This document shows, one piece after another, positions 42,461 to 62,730 of a stretch of 64,000 nt of DNA (position 1 is the first letter of the stretch; each line of letters begins with the position of its first letter). Origin of the DNA: the human T2T-CHM13v2.0 reference genome, Homo sapiens; assembly GCF_009914755.1 (NCBI RefSeq), contig NC_060935.1. One strand, 5' to 3'. The position numbers and the translations under genes are program-made. The notes beneath the pieces are model-generated. The model was not told the DNA's origin and did no database searches. It was given only the letters and a program-made list of their open reading frames with translations.

Positions 42461-43358
42461 TACTTTAACTTCCACCGAGACTGCTCGTTTCACTGACTGC
42501 GGCATTGATCTGCGTGATGGTCCTACCCCCTTCCTCCAGGAGGGTGATAACTTCGTTCCACGAAGGACCCCAGCTGCACCTCACAGGCGGAAATACGTCT
42601 GCTCAAGCTGTGACTCAAGGCTTCCAGCGCCGTTTCGCATTTAGAAAGCAAAGTAAGAGGGAACATCTGCACAGAGCATTTGTCTGGCAAAATTTAGGCT
42701 ACTGATATTTATTAATATGAGACTTCTTAATGCTACTGGGAACAATGAGTAGGGCTTGTGGCTGAATTTTCAGAGGAATGCTTGCAGCTTCCATTTGCTT
42801 AAATAACCTGACACTGGGAGGCCCTGTCACCTCACTGATGGGGGTGTTTGGTTTGTTGCCTTGGCAACTGCTTAGAGGGCTTTCTGCCTGGGCCCAGTTT
42901 TATCTACTGAGCTAAGATCTTTTTAATGCCCAGCTACAGGGAAGAGGGTCAATTCAGGGGTAAATCTCAGTCCCTACCCTAGTTTAATGCCAGTTTAAAT
43001 ATACAGAGTAGTTATCAAGGTAATGTCATATATAGCTGTGTGTAGATGTACATGTGTGTACATACGTGACGAATCTTCCCTAGGATACTGGACTAGGGAG
43101 TGTTTTATGAGCCAGGAAAGCATTTTGTGAGCCAGGTGAACAGGTTGGTTCTTTATAATGATTACCACTTCCCCATCAGCCTCTCCCTTCTGCCTGCATT
43201 GGTCACTGAAGTTGCTGCCAGGAAAGCCCTGAAGAAGAGGGAACTTTTTTGTTTTTTGAAACCAGTTTCTGCTGGAGTGCTCTGAAGAGTGTTATCACCT
43301 GACCCTCTGTAGTATCAGCTGGAAACTGATCTCAGGGTCATTCTGATTTCAAAGCTAA

Positions 43359-47657
<4,299 letters not shown>

Positions 47658-48269
47658 TTCTGTGTATTATTTCAGCCACTTTTCCTGTGGCAAGAAAAAG
47701 TGATTCCACCATGGTTTATGGCTTTTTGCTTTTAGCATTTAATGAAGAAATCTCAAGCTGTGCATTTATCATTTCTTAATGAAACTTTGTAAATTACTAA
47801 ATCGAGTATTGCATGACTTTAAGCACTGAAGAGATTGTAGTGGCTTGTCTTCATGTACTGGGCATTTAAAGTTTAAGTCTCATTAATCACATTGGCCTCA
47901 TAATATTAGTTAATACCTCAAGACCCAACATACATTTACAGTGAAGAATATCACTATTAATAGTAAATGTAAATCCATGGTCTTAATAATTGAAACTGTT
48001 TGGGGAATGACTTCTTAGATGGTAAATGTTTTCAGCTGATGACTGAGCTCAGAATGTAAACAAGGGAATCAGCGGACTTTGATTTTAATGAAACCTGTGT
48101 ATACCCCACGCGACACCCTGGGCCAGGGAGCAGGCTGGGCCAGAACTACACATATTAGATGGAAGGAGGGATGAACTTGGATGTGCTGATGATGTGGACA
48201 GGGCAGAGGAAGTCAGAGAAACACAGAGCATCAAACAAGTGGCCCACAGTGAAATGCATTTCCAGAACA

Positions 48270-48815
48270 CACTCCCAGACTCGACTCACATTTCCGTGCA
48301 TCTGCATTTACCCAGTTTAGGGACACTCCAGTGTCTCTTGAACAACCCTCTTAGATTTGGAGACTTTCCATCTTTTGAGTCCTGCCTACCTCAGGCAGAA
48401 ACCAGAACTCTCCTTCTCAGCTCCCTTGTAGGTAGGGCACAGACATGTAACTTAGGATCTAATGAGATGCACTCACAAGAGACTTACTCAAGAGGCCACA
48501 AAGAAAGGACGCAGGCACTGCAGTGAGCCCACTTTCTGGTGGGATGCAGGTGGAAGCGTCCTGCTCCTGGGACGGCAGCGGCACTGGTGAGTGGGTCTGG
48601 GCTCAGGGGATGAGCTCTGATGGTATCAGCTTGGGCGGGAGCAGTGGGGCTGTCCCTGCAGCCTTGTGGTGTGTCTGGGGCCTTGTTTCTGGCTCTGTTT
48701 CCTCCTCTCTCAGCTCTCTGGCCCTCCTAGACATTCTGTGAACCGCCTAACAATTTTAAAATAATTTCCTTTTTTTCCCCTCAAATTAGCTATTCTATTG
48801 TTCGTGAGCTGCAAG
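48270..48815 (+). mobile_element. ERVL-type solo LTR (LTR33/LTR16-like)
   Basis: cccttgtaggtagggcacagacatgtaacttagg...agatgcac motif typical of this class. Confidence 0.5.
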
Positions 48816-49379
48816 TTGACAAAAATTCCACTAAGGGCCAACTCACTGAACTCTAATGGGAAAGTTGTACCTGTTGCCTTCATTTGATAAAGGAGACAGA
48901 GTTTTTTTTAAAAAAAGTGATGTGAGAACAAGAATTATCAGTGTGAAAAAGAAAATACAGATCTCAGCTCGAATAAGTCAGTACTCTGTGGTCCTAAATT
49001 AGAATTGGGAGAATCAATATGAACATGATGGGTGTTTTATCTCTTTCACAAAGTTCTGGCTTTGTCTACCAAAAGCCCCAGAAACAAAGACCAGCTAGAA
49101 ATGAACATCCCCTTAGAGGATCACTTTTCACTAAAAGCTATTAGGTTGTCTTAAAGAAACAGCTGATTGCATGTGTGGGCAGGAAAAGTACAAGTTGAAA
49201 CTGCAACATCATACCAGAAAATAAACAAAAAATCAAAGATGACAAGAATTGGGTCAAAAGGACTCAGAGCTGACTTAAAGAAGGTCCCAATGGCCAAAGA
49301 GGGTACACTTTGAACATCAGTAAGAATAAAAACAGCAATGAACCCAGACATATCAAATATGTTTGATACCAAGAGTTCA

Positions 49380-51616
<2,237 letters not shown>

Positions 51617-51632
51617 TCACATCTGGTCTTCT

Positions 51633-51852
51633 GTTTTCTTTTCTTTTCTTTTTTTTTTTTGAGAAGGAGTCTCGCTCTGTCGCCCAGGCTGGACTGCAGT
51701 GGTGCGATCTCAGCTCACTGCAACCTCCGCCTCCTGGGTTCAAGCAATTATCTACCTCAGTCTCCCGAGTAGCTGGGATTACAGGCACTCGCCACCACAC
51801 CCAGCTAATTTTTTGTGTTTTTAGTAGTTTTGGTGTGAGCCACTGCGCCCAG
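51633..51852 (-). mobile_element. Alu with deleted left arm
   Basis: Right arm intact; TSD ctcacatctggtcttct. Confidence 0.85.
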
Positions 51853-51968
51853 ACTCACATCTGGTCTTCTATGGAGTTGCCTTATAATAATCCAGTAAGC
51901 TGTATATTTGTTTTATGCTGATTTCTATATTTCCACCACATTTAACAATAAAAAAATTTGTGACAACA

Positions 51969-52263
<295 letters not shown>

Positions 52264-52791
52264 TTGTGAAAACATTTACTTGCATTTTTCCTTATTCATG
52301 TGGTCTTTGAATAATTTAACAAAGACTGGTTGAGTGCATGCTGGGGATGCTAACAGACACTGGTCCATGCCTTCAGGAGTTTTGCGCCTGGAGAGGAAAC
52401 CATTCTCTGTAACCACAAGGCCTAGAGTGGAGCAGAGAGGAAGGAGAGCTTGCAGGGCTGTGTGTAGCCCACAGGAGAGATGATGGTGGCGTGGAATAGG
52501 GACACAGCAGGAGGGAAAAGGAGAATTAGACAGGTTCCAAACATGTTTTAAAGGTAGAACCAACTGATTGGTGATTTGTTTGTGTGTTTGTTGTTTGTGG
52601 GTGGGTGGGATAAGGAAAGGAGAGGTCAGTGATGTCTTCTAGAACTGGTTGACTAAATGGATGAGGAAGCCCTTTGCTAAGATAGCTGGATCCAGAGTAG
52701 CATAAACAAATGGGTGTTTGTGGCACACAAACCCGCTCTGCTGCTGCAAAAGGAGGGGTCATCTTCTCCCCTATATTCCTAGAACATCATC

Positions 52792-52958
52792 TTTTGTTTA
52801 GAGATGGGGTCTCACTTATGTTGCCCAGGCTGGAATACAGTGGCTATTCACAGGTGTGATCACAGCTCACTGAGGCCTCGAACTCCAGGGCTCAGAGATC
52901 TTCCTGCCTCAGCCTCCCGAGCAGCTGGAACCACAGGTGCCTGCCACAGAGCCTGGCC
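52792..52958 (-). mobile_element. FAM (fossil Alu monomer)
   Basis: Monomer retaining the 7SL segment CCTGTGAATAGCCACTG; decayed TSD at 52779-52794 and 52961-52976. Confidence 0.8.
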
Positions 52959-53018
52959 TGCTAGAGCGTCGTCTTTCATCTCAGAGCTGAATGAGCATCT
53001 TGCCCACAGAAGTGCTCA

Positions 53019-53552
<534 letters not shown>

Positions 53553-54048
53553 GAAATTATGGTATGCTTTTGTTTCTAAACTCGGTGAAGAGACCCAGTA
53601 GCAGACAGCTTACTTGACGGACACTGATCAGCTCCACAGACTGTCCTCGCTCACTGTCTCCAAACAGCATTTTCAGTGCTCTTATGTGTATCAGGAAGAT
53701 CAAAATACACTATACCATAAGTCCTAAGTGACGGAAGAGATTAGTTATTAAATTCTGGGGAAAGTTAATCATATTCACTTTGAAACTTTAGCTGAATTTG
53801 GATCTCACTAAGGGGAAGGGGCCAAGTCATCGGGGATGGGGTGGGAAGGACCGTGCAGGAAAAAGCAGCATTACCTCAAGGATACTAAACACCTGGCGTT
53901 TAGAAAGTGCATTTTCCCCATGAAGCATGTTTGACAGGGAAGCATGAGGGCTGTGCCAAGACAAAAGCAGAAGTGGTTCTAGGTGTCGAATTCATATAAA
54001 CCTTGTTGTTTCAGAAGGTTTAGGTACATTTATGGATGCCAGCTCCAT

Positions 54049-54056
54049 AACCGGTT
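54049..54056. promoter_or_regulatory. Consensus GRHL site AACCGGTT
   Basis: Perfect palindrome about 3.4 kb upstream of ST14. Confidence 0.5.
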
Positions 54057-55109
54057 CATTTGACTTTATTCTGTTCATTCTCAACCTCTACCACACCTCT
54101 TTGCTGTTTGCACTTTTCTTCTTTATTGAAGGAGCATGAGTCGCCTGCAGGCCTGGCACAAGCTGCTCTGGTCTCCCCGCCTTGGATGGTACCAGAGCAC
54201 TGGCTGTTTCACACTTGGGCTGGGCCTACCTCACATGGCCCTACTGTCTCCCACATTGTCACCAGCTTCAGCCAGTGTCCTTTAGCCTGTGGGCAGGTCC
54301 ACATTTGCACACCTTCTAAGTGGTCCCGGCCACAAGGACATAGGGGCTTGTTGGACATGCCCTTGAGGGGGTCCCAGGGACACAGATGTAACTTTCCCAG
54401 CAGGCAGTCCTGGAACCAGGAAGAGGATGGCTCCCTGGAGAGGAGCGATGACAGCTTTGCAGTGCTGGGGCCGGGGAAGGGCCAGTGAGGGGGTGGTGGA
54501 GAAGGCACAGTGGGTGGTGAAGGTTGGGTCATTTGGTCATGAGTCACTCTTTCTATAGCAGAGAAATGACACGGACCTCAAGCCAAAATCTGGGCTTGAG
54601 TTGGATTTGTTCCTTGTGAGTGTGAGAATCTGGTCCTGTTCTGGAGGCTGTCTGCTCTTGGGTTCCTTCACTTACCATTTAGGAACAAAAGCACTGACAT
54701 TTCATAATTTTTTGAGGATTAAACCAAATGGGATTCATGGAATAACATATGGTTACACTGCCTCCTCCAACCCAGGAGTGCACATAGGGTGCATGCAGCA
54801 AGGTATCCCCATGCAGCCATCCTAGGGGAAGGGTCTTGTCCTGCATCGCTTTCTCTTCATCTGCACTAGCAGTCAATGCATTGCATTCATACGGCATCCA
54901 AATCACGCTGAGCGCCCAGCTCTACGAGATAAAAGATGAGGCCCTAGGAAGTGGGGAGACAACGTGAGTCACTGCGTTTGCAGCAGCACAGAAGGTCTGT
55001 GTGTCAGGAGTACCATCTCATTTACGTCACATTGAATTTGGCTTACTTTCCATCACTCACACTAGTTGAAGAATGCTGTGCCATTGGTAATCCAAAGGAA
55101 AATTTATTT

Positions 55110-55425
<316 letters not shown>

Positions 55426-55669
55426 CTTTTAGAAATATTTTCTGTTTAGCTTTGGAATGCTTTATGTGATGGAAGGCAGCAGATTCATTCTTCTTTCAAT
55501 TAAATTGACCCAATATATTGTGTTAGTCATTGTGCTAGGCTTTGAGGGTGCAAAGGCAGTTAAGACACAGACAGAAAATGCAACGAAATGGTGGTGAGCT
55601 CCATGAGAGAGGTACAAACAGAGCTAGTTCTGGTTGAGAGGGAAGGAAACTCCTGGGGAGGAGGTAGCA

Positions 55670-56010
55670 TATCAGTCAGGAAGCGTGAGGTTTGCAGCAA
55701 TAACAAACAACCCTCAGCTCTCGGTGGCTTAACATCCCAAAAGCTGACTGACTCCTCATTCATGCTACATATCCAGTGTGTGTCATTGTAGCCACTTAGG
55801 GTCACAGGTCACAGAGTTAAACCTCTCAGAAGAGAGCAGGGCATTGTGCAGTGCCTCCTTATGCTGCTATGTACAAGTGGTGTGTCCTCTCATTGGACAT
55901 TTTCTTGGTTACCGCTAGCCATACTGCCATACCTAACTTCAGAGAAGAGAGAGTAACACCCTGGCCTGTGCCCAGAAGGCAGAGAGCTAAAAACATTCAA
56001 TGAACAACAC
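55670..56010 (-). mobile_element. MaLR LTR (MLT1-like) inside L2 fragments (~55480-56520)
   Basis: tatcagtcagg...gcagcaataacaaacaaccc...gtggcttaaca terminus typical of MLT1J/K. Confidence 0.6.
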
Positions 56011-57449
56011 TAAAAAACCCCATCGGTGTCTTCGACCCAATATGCGGAAGGAGTATGAAGGAGAAGAGCTTCCAGGGGATGAAAAGCTTTATGAAAGCTG
56101 CCAAGATCAGAACGCCTGGCTGGAGAGAGGGGCTCCAAACAGGAATGCTTGGAGGCACGGTGTTAAGGGAGGACAGGGCAGAGTGTGAAGCTGGGCTAAG
56201 GAGGTTGGATTTGATCCGGGAGACACGGAAAGTCATAAAGGAGCTGTGGTTTCAGATTTACCTGACTGCTTTGTGTAGGAGAGATCAGAGGGTGGCAGCC
56301 CAGAGGCAGGAGATCTTTCTTAACCAGGCAAAGGGCTCTGAGGACTCGAATAGCGGTCTTCTAATGCGCAGGAATGGAAGGGCTATGCTTGTCAGCAGAG
56401 TCTTGATCAGATTTGGAACTAATTGGATATGAGATGTAAGCAGGGTGGAGAATCAAAGATGATTCCAGGATTTGAGCCTGGGAGAATGCTGCCATTAGAA
56501 TTAGAGAAAACAGTGGAAAATGGGCAAGTCAGGGAAGGAAGATGGGGCTTGTTGATCTCAAAGCAGGGATTTTTATTTTGTTCACTCCTGTTTCCCTGTA
56601 CCCAGGACAGTGCTTAGCGCCTAGTGTGTGCTTGGTAATGTTCATTGGCTACAGAATACAGTAGAACATAAATGGAGACGTCCCCAGGCGACCGCTAAGG
56701 CAGAACTGGCACTCCTTGGTGGTGTCTGTGCTGGGAGGGAGGTCTTCCTGTCTGAAGTCGTAAGATGAGACGTGCTGCCAAGAGAAAAAGCTTAGAGAAG
56801 AAAGGGATGAAACTGAAGGGAGAACTTTGGGAATCATGACATTTAGGACTAGAAAGGAGGACCGGAATCCAGGGAAAGGGGGCATTTGAGGAAGCATCAG
56901 ATGCTGCAAGTGGGCGAGGGGCGTTGGGATGGCTCAGAGGGCATCTGGTGGCACAGCTCATGTCACTGGGCCTCCCCAGGGTAGCCGGGCGCAGGCCAGC
57001 AAGCGCCTCCCGCCTGGAGAACAGGAGGCTGCGTAGCCGACGGGGAGCCTGGGCCAGGGGCGGTTCTGGTTTCTGTTTGGTTTTGGGGGGTTCATAAATG
57101 CGATTTAGTCCTGTAGCAAAGTGAGCAAGGTGAAGGGGAGAGACCGGAGGCGCATGAGGGAGGAGGGAAAAGATGGTTGGCATCAAGGAGGTGGATAAAG
57201 GGCTGCCCTCCCGGGGCAGGGCCCCTGGAGGGCCGGAGGGGTGGTGAACGCCGTCGTGGTGATGGTGAGGGCCTTAGCGACCACCACCCGAGTGAGGCCC
57301 CCTCACCTTCAGGCCCAGAGCCGAGGGGAGGAGCCTCCCCCAGGGCCGGCGGGGGCGGGCAGGTGAGCCGGGCAGGTGCGCAGGCGAGCGCGGCGGGCTG
57401 GGCGGGCCGAGGCCACACCCTGAAACTACCTGCGTGGGCCGGGCCGGAG

Positions 57450-57648
57450 TGTGAGAGCGGAGCTGCAGCCGGAGAAAGAGGAAGAGGGAGAGAGAGCGCG
57501 CCAGGGCGAGGGCACCGCCGCCGGTCGGGCGCGCTGGGCCTGCCCGGAATCCCGCCGCCTGCGCCCCGCGCCCCGCGCCCTGCGGGCCATGGGAGCCGGC
57601 CGCCGGCAGGGACGACGCCTGTGAGACCCGCGAGCGGCCTCGGGGACC
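57450..57648 (+). other. ST14: ST14 5'UTR (TSS approximate)
   Basis: Lies between the GC boxes and the ATG; TSS inferred, not directly visible. Confidence 0.6.
57589..57624 (+). other. uORF MGAGRRQGRRL* in the ST14 5'UTR
   Basis: gccATGg at 57589, TGA at 57622-57624, same frame as the main ATG. Confidence 0.75.
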
Positions 57649-57729
57649 ATGGGGAGCGATCGGGCCCGCAAGGGCGGAGGGGGCCCGAAGGACTTCGGCG
57701 CGGGACTCAAGTACAACTCCCGGCACGAG
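57649..57729 (+). CDS. ST14: ST14 (matriptase) exon 1 coding part MGSDRARKGGGGPKDFGAGLKYNSRHE
   Basis: Kozak accATGg; GAG|gtgagc donor, phase 0; matches the matriptase N-terminus. Confidence 0.97.
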
Positions 57730-60259
57730 GTGAGCGCGGGCCGGGGACCCGGGGCGCTGGGAAGCTCCTGCCCGCCCGACCCTGCAGCGCGGCGCTGGGC
57801 TCGGCCGGCTCCCCTGGCGTGTCCGTCGGTGGCCGAGCTCTGGGCGCACAGGTGGAATTTCCTGTTCAGCGGGTGCCGGGCCGCGGGCGGGCGGGGCTGG
57901 CCGGACCTTTGGTACCGGACCGGCTGCGCCCCGCCAGGGGGAGGCGGGAAGCCCCTGGGCCTTCCTGCGCCCTCGGTCCTTTCTTTCCCTGAGTTGAAAA
58001 AAGGGGCTCCGTCTCGGCCCCTCCATGACTCTCGCGCTGTTAGTGAACATCTGGAAGAAACCAGGGGCTTGGAGTGGGGTTATTTGGGAGGAAGTGAAAT
58101 TTCAGGAGGGTTTGGAGTCTCAGCCATCCTTGGCCTCTGCAGAAAGTTTCTTTCGTCTCTCTCCTTCCCCGTCAAAAGGCGCTTTGGGACCTCGCAGAGG
58201 ACAACTGGGAGGCCAGGGCTTTGGCTGCCATACGGGCTGGAGCTAAGAACTCCAGAGTTGGGCTTGCCTGGGCTTCTCGAGAGGGGATGGAGCCCTTTGG
58301 GAAGGCGGCTGTATGGGAAGGGATGTGGGAACACACATGTCTTGAGCCTTTTGCGAAGTACCGAAACAGGAAGCTCTTCTTTGGCAGAAAGAACAATGAA
58401 AGACCTATTGAAAGATCTCAAAAAGATTACATGTTCCTGTATGGAGTTGGGGATGGGTCGCTAGTCACTTCATTGACGGACCCACCTAGGTGGTAGTGCC
58501 CGGGCGGGACCAGCAGCCAGGTCTCTACCCTCTCTGTCCAAGGCAGACCCCCAGGTTTCCTGGAAGGCCAGGGCATACCAGGTCAGGGCGGCGCTGAGAG
58601 GCAGGGGCTGTGTGGCAGAGAGTTTTGCTCCTCTGCAAATGATGGCCTCCCTGCCCTGCCAACCCTCACTTTCTCCCCTCCTTCCGGGTGCCCCTGGGCT
58701 CCATAGTCTCCGCCGTTGCTCCCTAAGTCAGGCCTGATTTTGGTGCTGTCTCAGATCAATTCCTTTTGTCCAAGCAGCATCCCGACCTAGGGAGCTTGCA
58801 GAAAATCAGACGCTGGGGCTTTGGAGGCTGCCTGCACCACAGACAGGACCTGGGGCTGGGCTCTGCTATTTTCTCCACTTTTCACCCTCAGCAAGGAGGA
58901 AAGCTTCCAGTGGACCTGAAGGCTTGGGCCCTTCCCCTGGCTGTGCCTGTGCCCTGCTGTGAGGCAGATTCACCTTCTCTTCCTTGCTGTAATTGCTATG
59001 TTTGTGTCCTTGCTAATTGCCTACTTGGGGTTCTAGACTCCCTGCCTCTTCAGCAGAGAACCTGCTGTTTGGAATTTGTTATTTCAGGGCAGTCCGGTGC
59101 CCCCACCCCAAGTTTGTTCTCCCTGACTTCCCTTTCTAGGACTCTCCTGCCCACACGGGGAAAGCAGGGTCTTCCTGGTCGTGTGGTCCAGCCTCCTCTC
59201 TGAGCCATCTCACCACCTGACAAGCAGCCAGGCTGGGGCTCACCTTCCACTCACCCCCAGGATCCCACATTCAGCGGACTTGTCTTGTCACCTGCAAGCC
59301 CTGGCTTTAGTTTCCCCCATCCCTGCTCATTTCCTCCTCCTCTGCGAAGCTCATTTGCTCTCTGCGCCCTTGGGCTGTTCCTTCCCCCTCTGCCATTTTC
59401 ATTCTCTTGGCTTGCTCTTTGTCTTTTCTCCTGCCGAGCTTTATTGAACTAACTCAGTACCTAGTCCCATGGGTGAAGGGAAGGCTCTCAGAGACCAGTA
59501 AGATGTGGTTGTTTCCTTTAAAGAACATCCAGTCTTGAGAGCGAAACTAAGAGACGAATGCCAAAGTTAGCTGTGAGGCGGAGTGTCCAGAGGAAATTGG
59601 CCAAAGCTCATTTCCATGTCTTGCAGATTCCTCCCATCCCTGGCCTCACCAGAAATCCCAGTCCCTGGGATCACCCTGTAGTGTGTGTTTGCAGCTAGGA
59701 TGTCCATCCCCGGCCGGGAGGTGTGGCTGCTGCCCCTGGGTTTATTATCTGGGTCAGCAGAGCCTGGCCCACAGGGTGCTGTTGTTTCTGGGTTCCTTGT
59801 CCCCAGTTGCATCCATCCGTGCACCCTTGTTTGGTGGTATTTGTATCTGGCTGTCCCCTTCCCAAGGCTGGTGGTGTGGCCCCTGCCCCACCCCTGCTGT
59901 TCCCATCAAGTGTTCTGCGTGGCCTTCAGAGTCCTGATGCACGTTACTGCATCTGGGGATGGTGTGAGCCCTGCCTGCAAGCAAGCAGGGAAACAGATGC
60001 CACTTCTTATGGCCATTAATGAGAGCCAGGGAGCCTGCCTCCCTGAGGGTCTTGATTCCTGTTGAGTATTTGATGGTGAATATGAAGCTGCCTTGACATC
60101 CACTGGTTCCTTTTCCGATCACAATTGCCCTAGGTAAGACTCAGCATCCCTTAGGCATCCAGAGACCAAGTTTGGAAAAATCGGATGTTGTGTGGCCAAA
60201 ATCAGATGTCTAGGGGCCAGGGTGTACACCTCTGGCTATTCAGAGGGTCACCTGCTTGT

Positions 60260-60740
60260 TAATTTGTCAACCATTCAGGCATTCATTCACATAACAATAT
60301 CTGCTAGGTAACCCACTGACTGAGCCTGTGCCAGGTGCTGGGAAATAGCAGTGAGGAAGACCCTAGACTCACAGCCCCTGTCCTTGGGACCACCCAAGGT
60401 AGTGTGGGGTACAGGGAACTGAATTCTGACTCATGAGTACTAGCTTCTCGATATGCACTGGGTGAGCACATGGCATCTCTCTAACCCAGGCTGGAAGGGC
60501 CAGGTCAGCAAATTAGGGCTGCAGGCATCTGTGATGTGGTGGCAGGAGGTAACATGCAGCCAAGACCCGGGGCCGCCTTGTCTAGCCACGTGATCTCAGA
60601 GATGTTACTCAATATCTCTAAGCCTTGGTTTCTGTGGCTATAAAATGGTGATGACATATATGTTCCAGGTTTGTTGAAAGGATTAAGAGGGGTACTTTAC
60701 ATGAAAGCCCTTTGTAAGTTGCAGTGTGGTGTTCAAATGA
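60260..60740. mobile_element. L2 tail (-) followed by MIR (+)
   Basis: cattcattcac...tgtgccaggtgctggg; ttactcaatatctctaagccttggtttc...taaaatgg. Confidence 0.6.
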
Positions 60741-61079
60741 TGCAGCTTGAGTTTTTGAGTTGAAAGGGACTTGAGACAAGCAAGAAGATCGTATAGTATC
60801 AGTAGGTCGCCTGTCGAGAGGCTGAGAACCCAGGCTGTCAGTGGGGCCCTGACCTCACAGAGGAGCCATCCTGCCCTGCCAAACACAGGGAAGTGCCCCC
60901 AGGATTCAAGGAACTGCTCGCCAGCAACAGAGACCTCTTCCTAAGACCTTCTGATTTTCATTCCCCTGCTTTACCCAGCTTCTAGGAGAAATATCTTTCT
61001 ATGAAAAGAAAATGTGTGCCAGCTGCATATCCCTTTCTCCTTCTCATCCCCTGCCCCTCCCACCATAGAAAATTAAACT

Positions 61080-61219
61080 TTTATTTTGTTTTGTTTTTTA
61101 GACATGGGGGTCTTGCTATGTTGCCCAGGCTGGACTCAAACTCTTGGGCCCAGGTGATCGATCCTCCTTGTCTCAGACTTCTAAGTAGTTGGGATTACAG
61201 GCGTGAGCCACTGTGCCCA
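61080..61219 (-). mobile_element. FLAM/Alu monomer
   Basis: Single left-arm Alu sequence. Confidence 0.8.
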
Positions 61220-62092
61220 CATAAAACTTTAGAGAACTGCCTTTTTTGTTCTCTAGAGCATGTGCTGGGCAGGTGTGTGCAGTGGGTGAGGAAGAGGGTT
61301 GGGAAGGCAGAAAGCAGCAGGAAGCTAGGATTGTCCTGTAGGTGGGGCTTCAGCTGCTGGAGTGGACCGGAAATCTGCCTTCTCCAGGGGCTTTCTGGAG
61401 CCTTCCCTCTGCCTTGGTCCTGAGAACACCTGGAAATTCCTCGTTTAGGAGTTGAGAAAACTGAGGAAGAGGAGAAGATGCCCCTAGTTTGATGGCTGCC
61501 TTCGCCTGCTAGCAGTGGAAATGGTCAGAGGGTGGACCTGCTCGAGCCGACTTGCTGGCCTGTTGCCACGTTGTCACCGGCTGCGGAAGGAGAACGAGTC
61601 ACAGCTCCCTCCCCCTACCTGACCCTCACTCTGCTCCCTGGGAACCAGACTACCAGACTGCCTACTGCTGTGGCCAGTGGCTTCTGTCCCTCGGAACACT
61701 GTGGCCCTCAAGTTCCCTGATGTCTGCTCCTTCTCTGGTCTGTGGTTCTGCCAAGGCTGGTGGCTCATGTCTCTTTTAAAAGAGAAGTTGTCTTTGGAAG
61801 AGGAAGGGAAACGTGACAGAGTCCCCTGGGAGCCCAGGTCCTGAAGATGATGTTGCTTCTGATATTGTGCAATGATTACTGGAGTGTCTAGAATACTAAT
61901 AATGATGAACACTAATAATCGTTAGCATTTATTGAGCATGGCTGGCTGCTTGTCTTTTTTCCTGCCAAGCTTCATTGAACTAACTGTGTACCTAGTCCTG
62001 GGTCAGGCATGGCTGAAGGGAAGTAAGATGTGGTCTTACTAGTCTTTGAGACCAAGTATTACCCTTCTCAGAGACAAGTGTTGTTATTACTG

Positions 62093-62730
<638 letters not shown>

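Larger units (their letters stand above)
41118..42480 (+). other. APLP2: APLP2 3'UTR (long form; end approximate)
   Basis: Follows the stop codon, no recognisable repeats, ends about 20 nt after AATAAA at 42455. Confidence 0.8.
57200..58040 (+). promoter_or_regulatory. ST14: ST14 CpG-island promoter with GC boxes and E-boxes
   Basis: Very GC- and CpG-rich; GGGCGG boxes at ~57353, 57400 and 57885; CAGGTG at 57360, 57373 and 57849; surrounds exon 1. Confidence 0.9.

Noticed and set aside
57092-58464. Long overlapping ORFs (271, 258 and 271 aa) across the ST14 promoter
   Set aside because: Stop-codon scarcity in a GC-rich CpG island; only 57649-57729 matches a known protein and it ends at a strong donor
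58482-58497. 12-bp palindrome CCACCTAGGTGG resembling a CTCF motif (also GCATCTGGTGGCAC near 56941)
   Set aside because: Three mismatches to the CTCF core; not supportable without ChIP data
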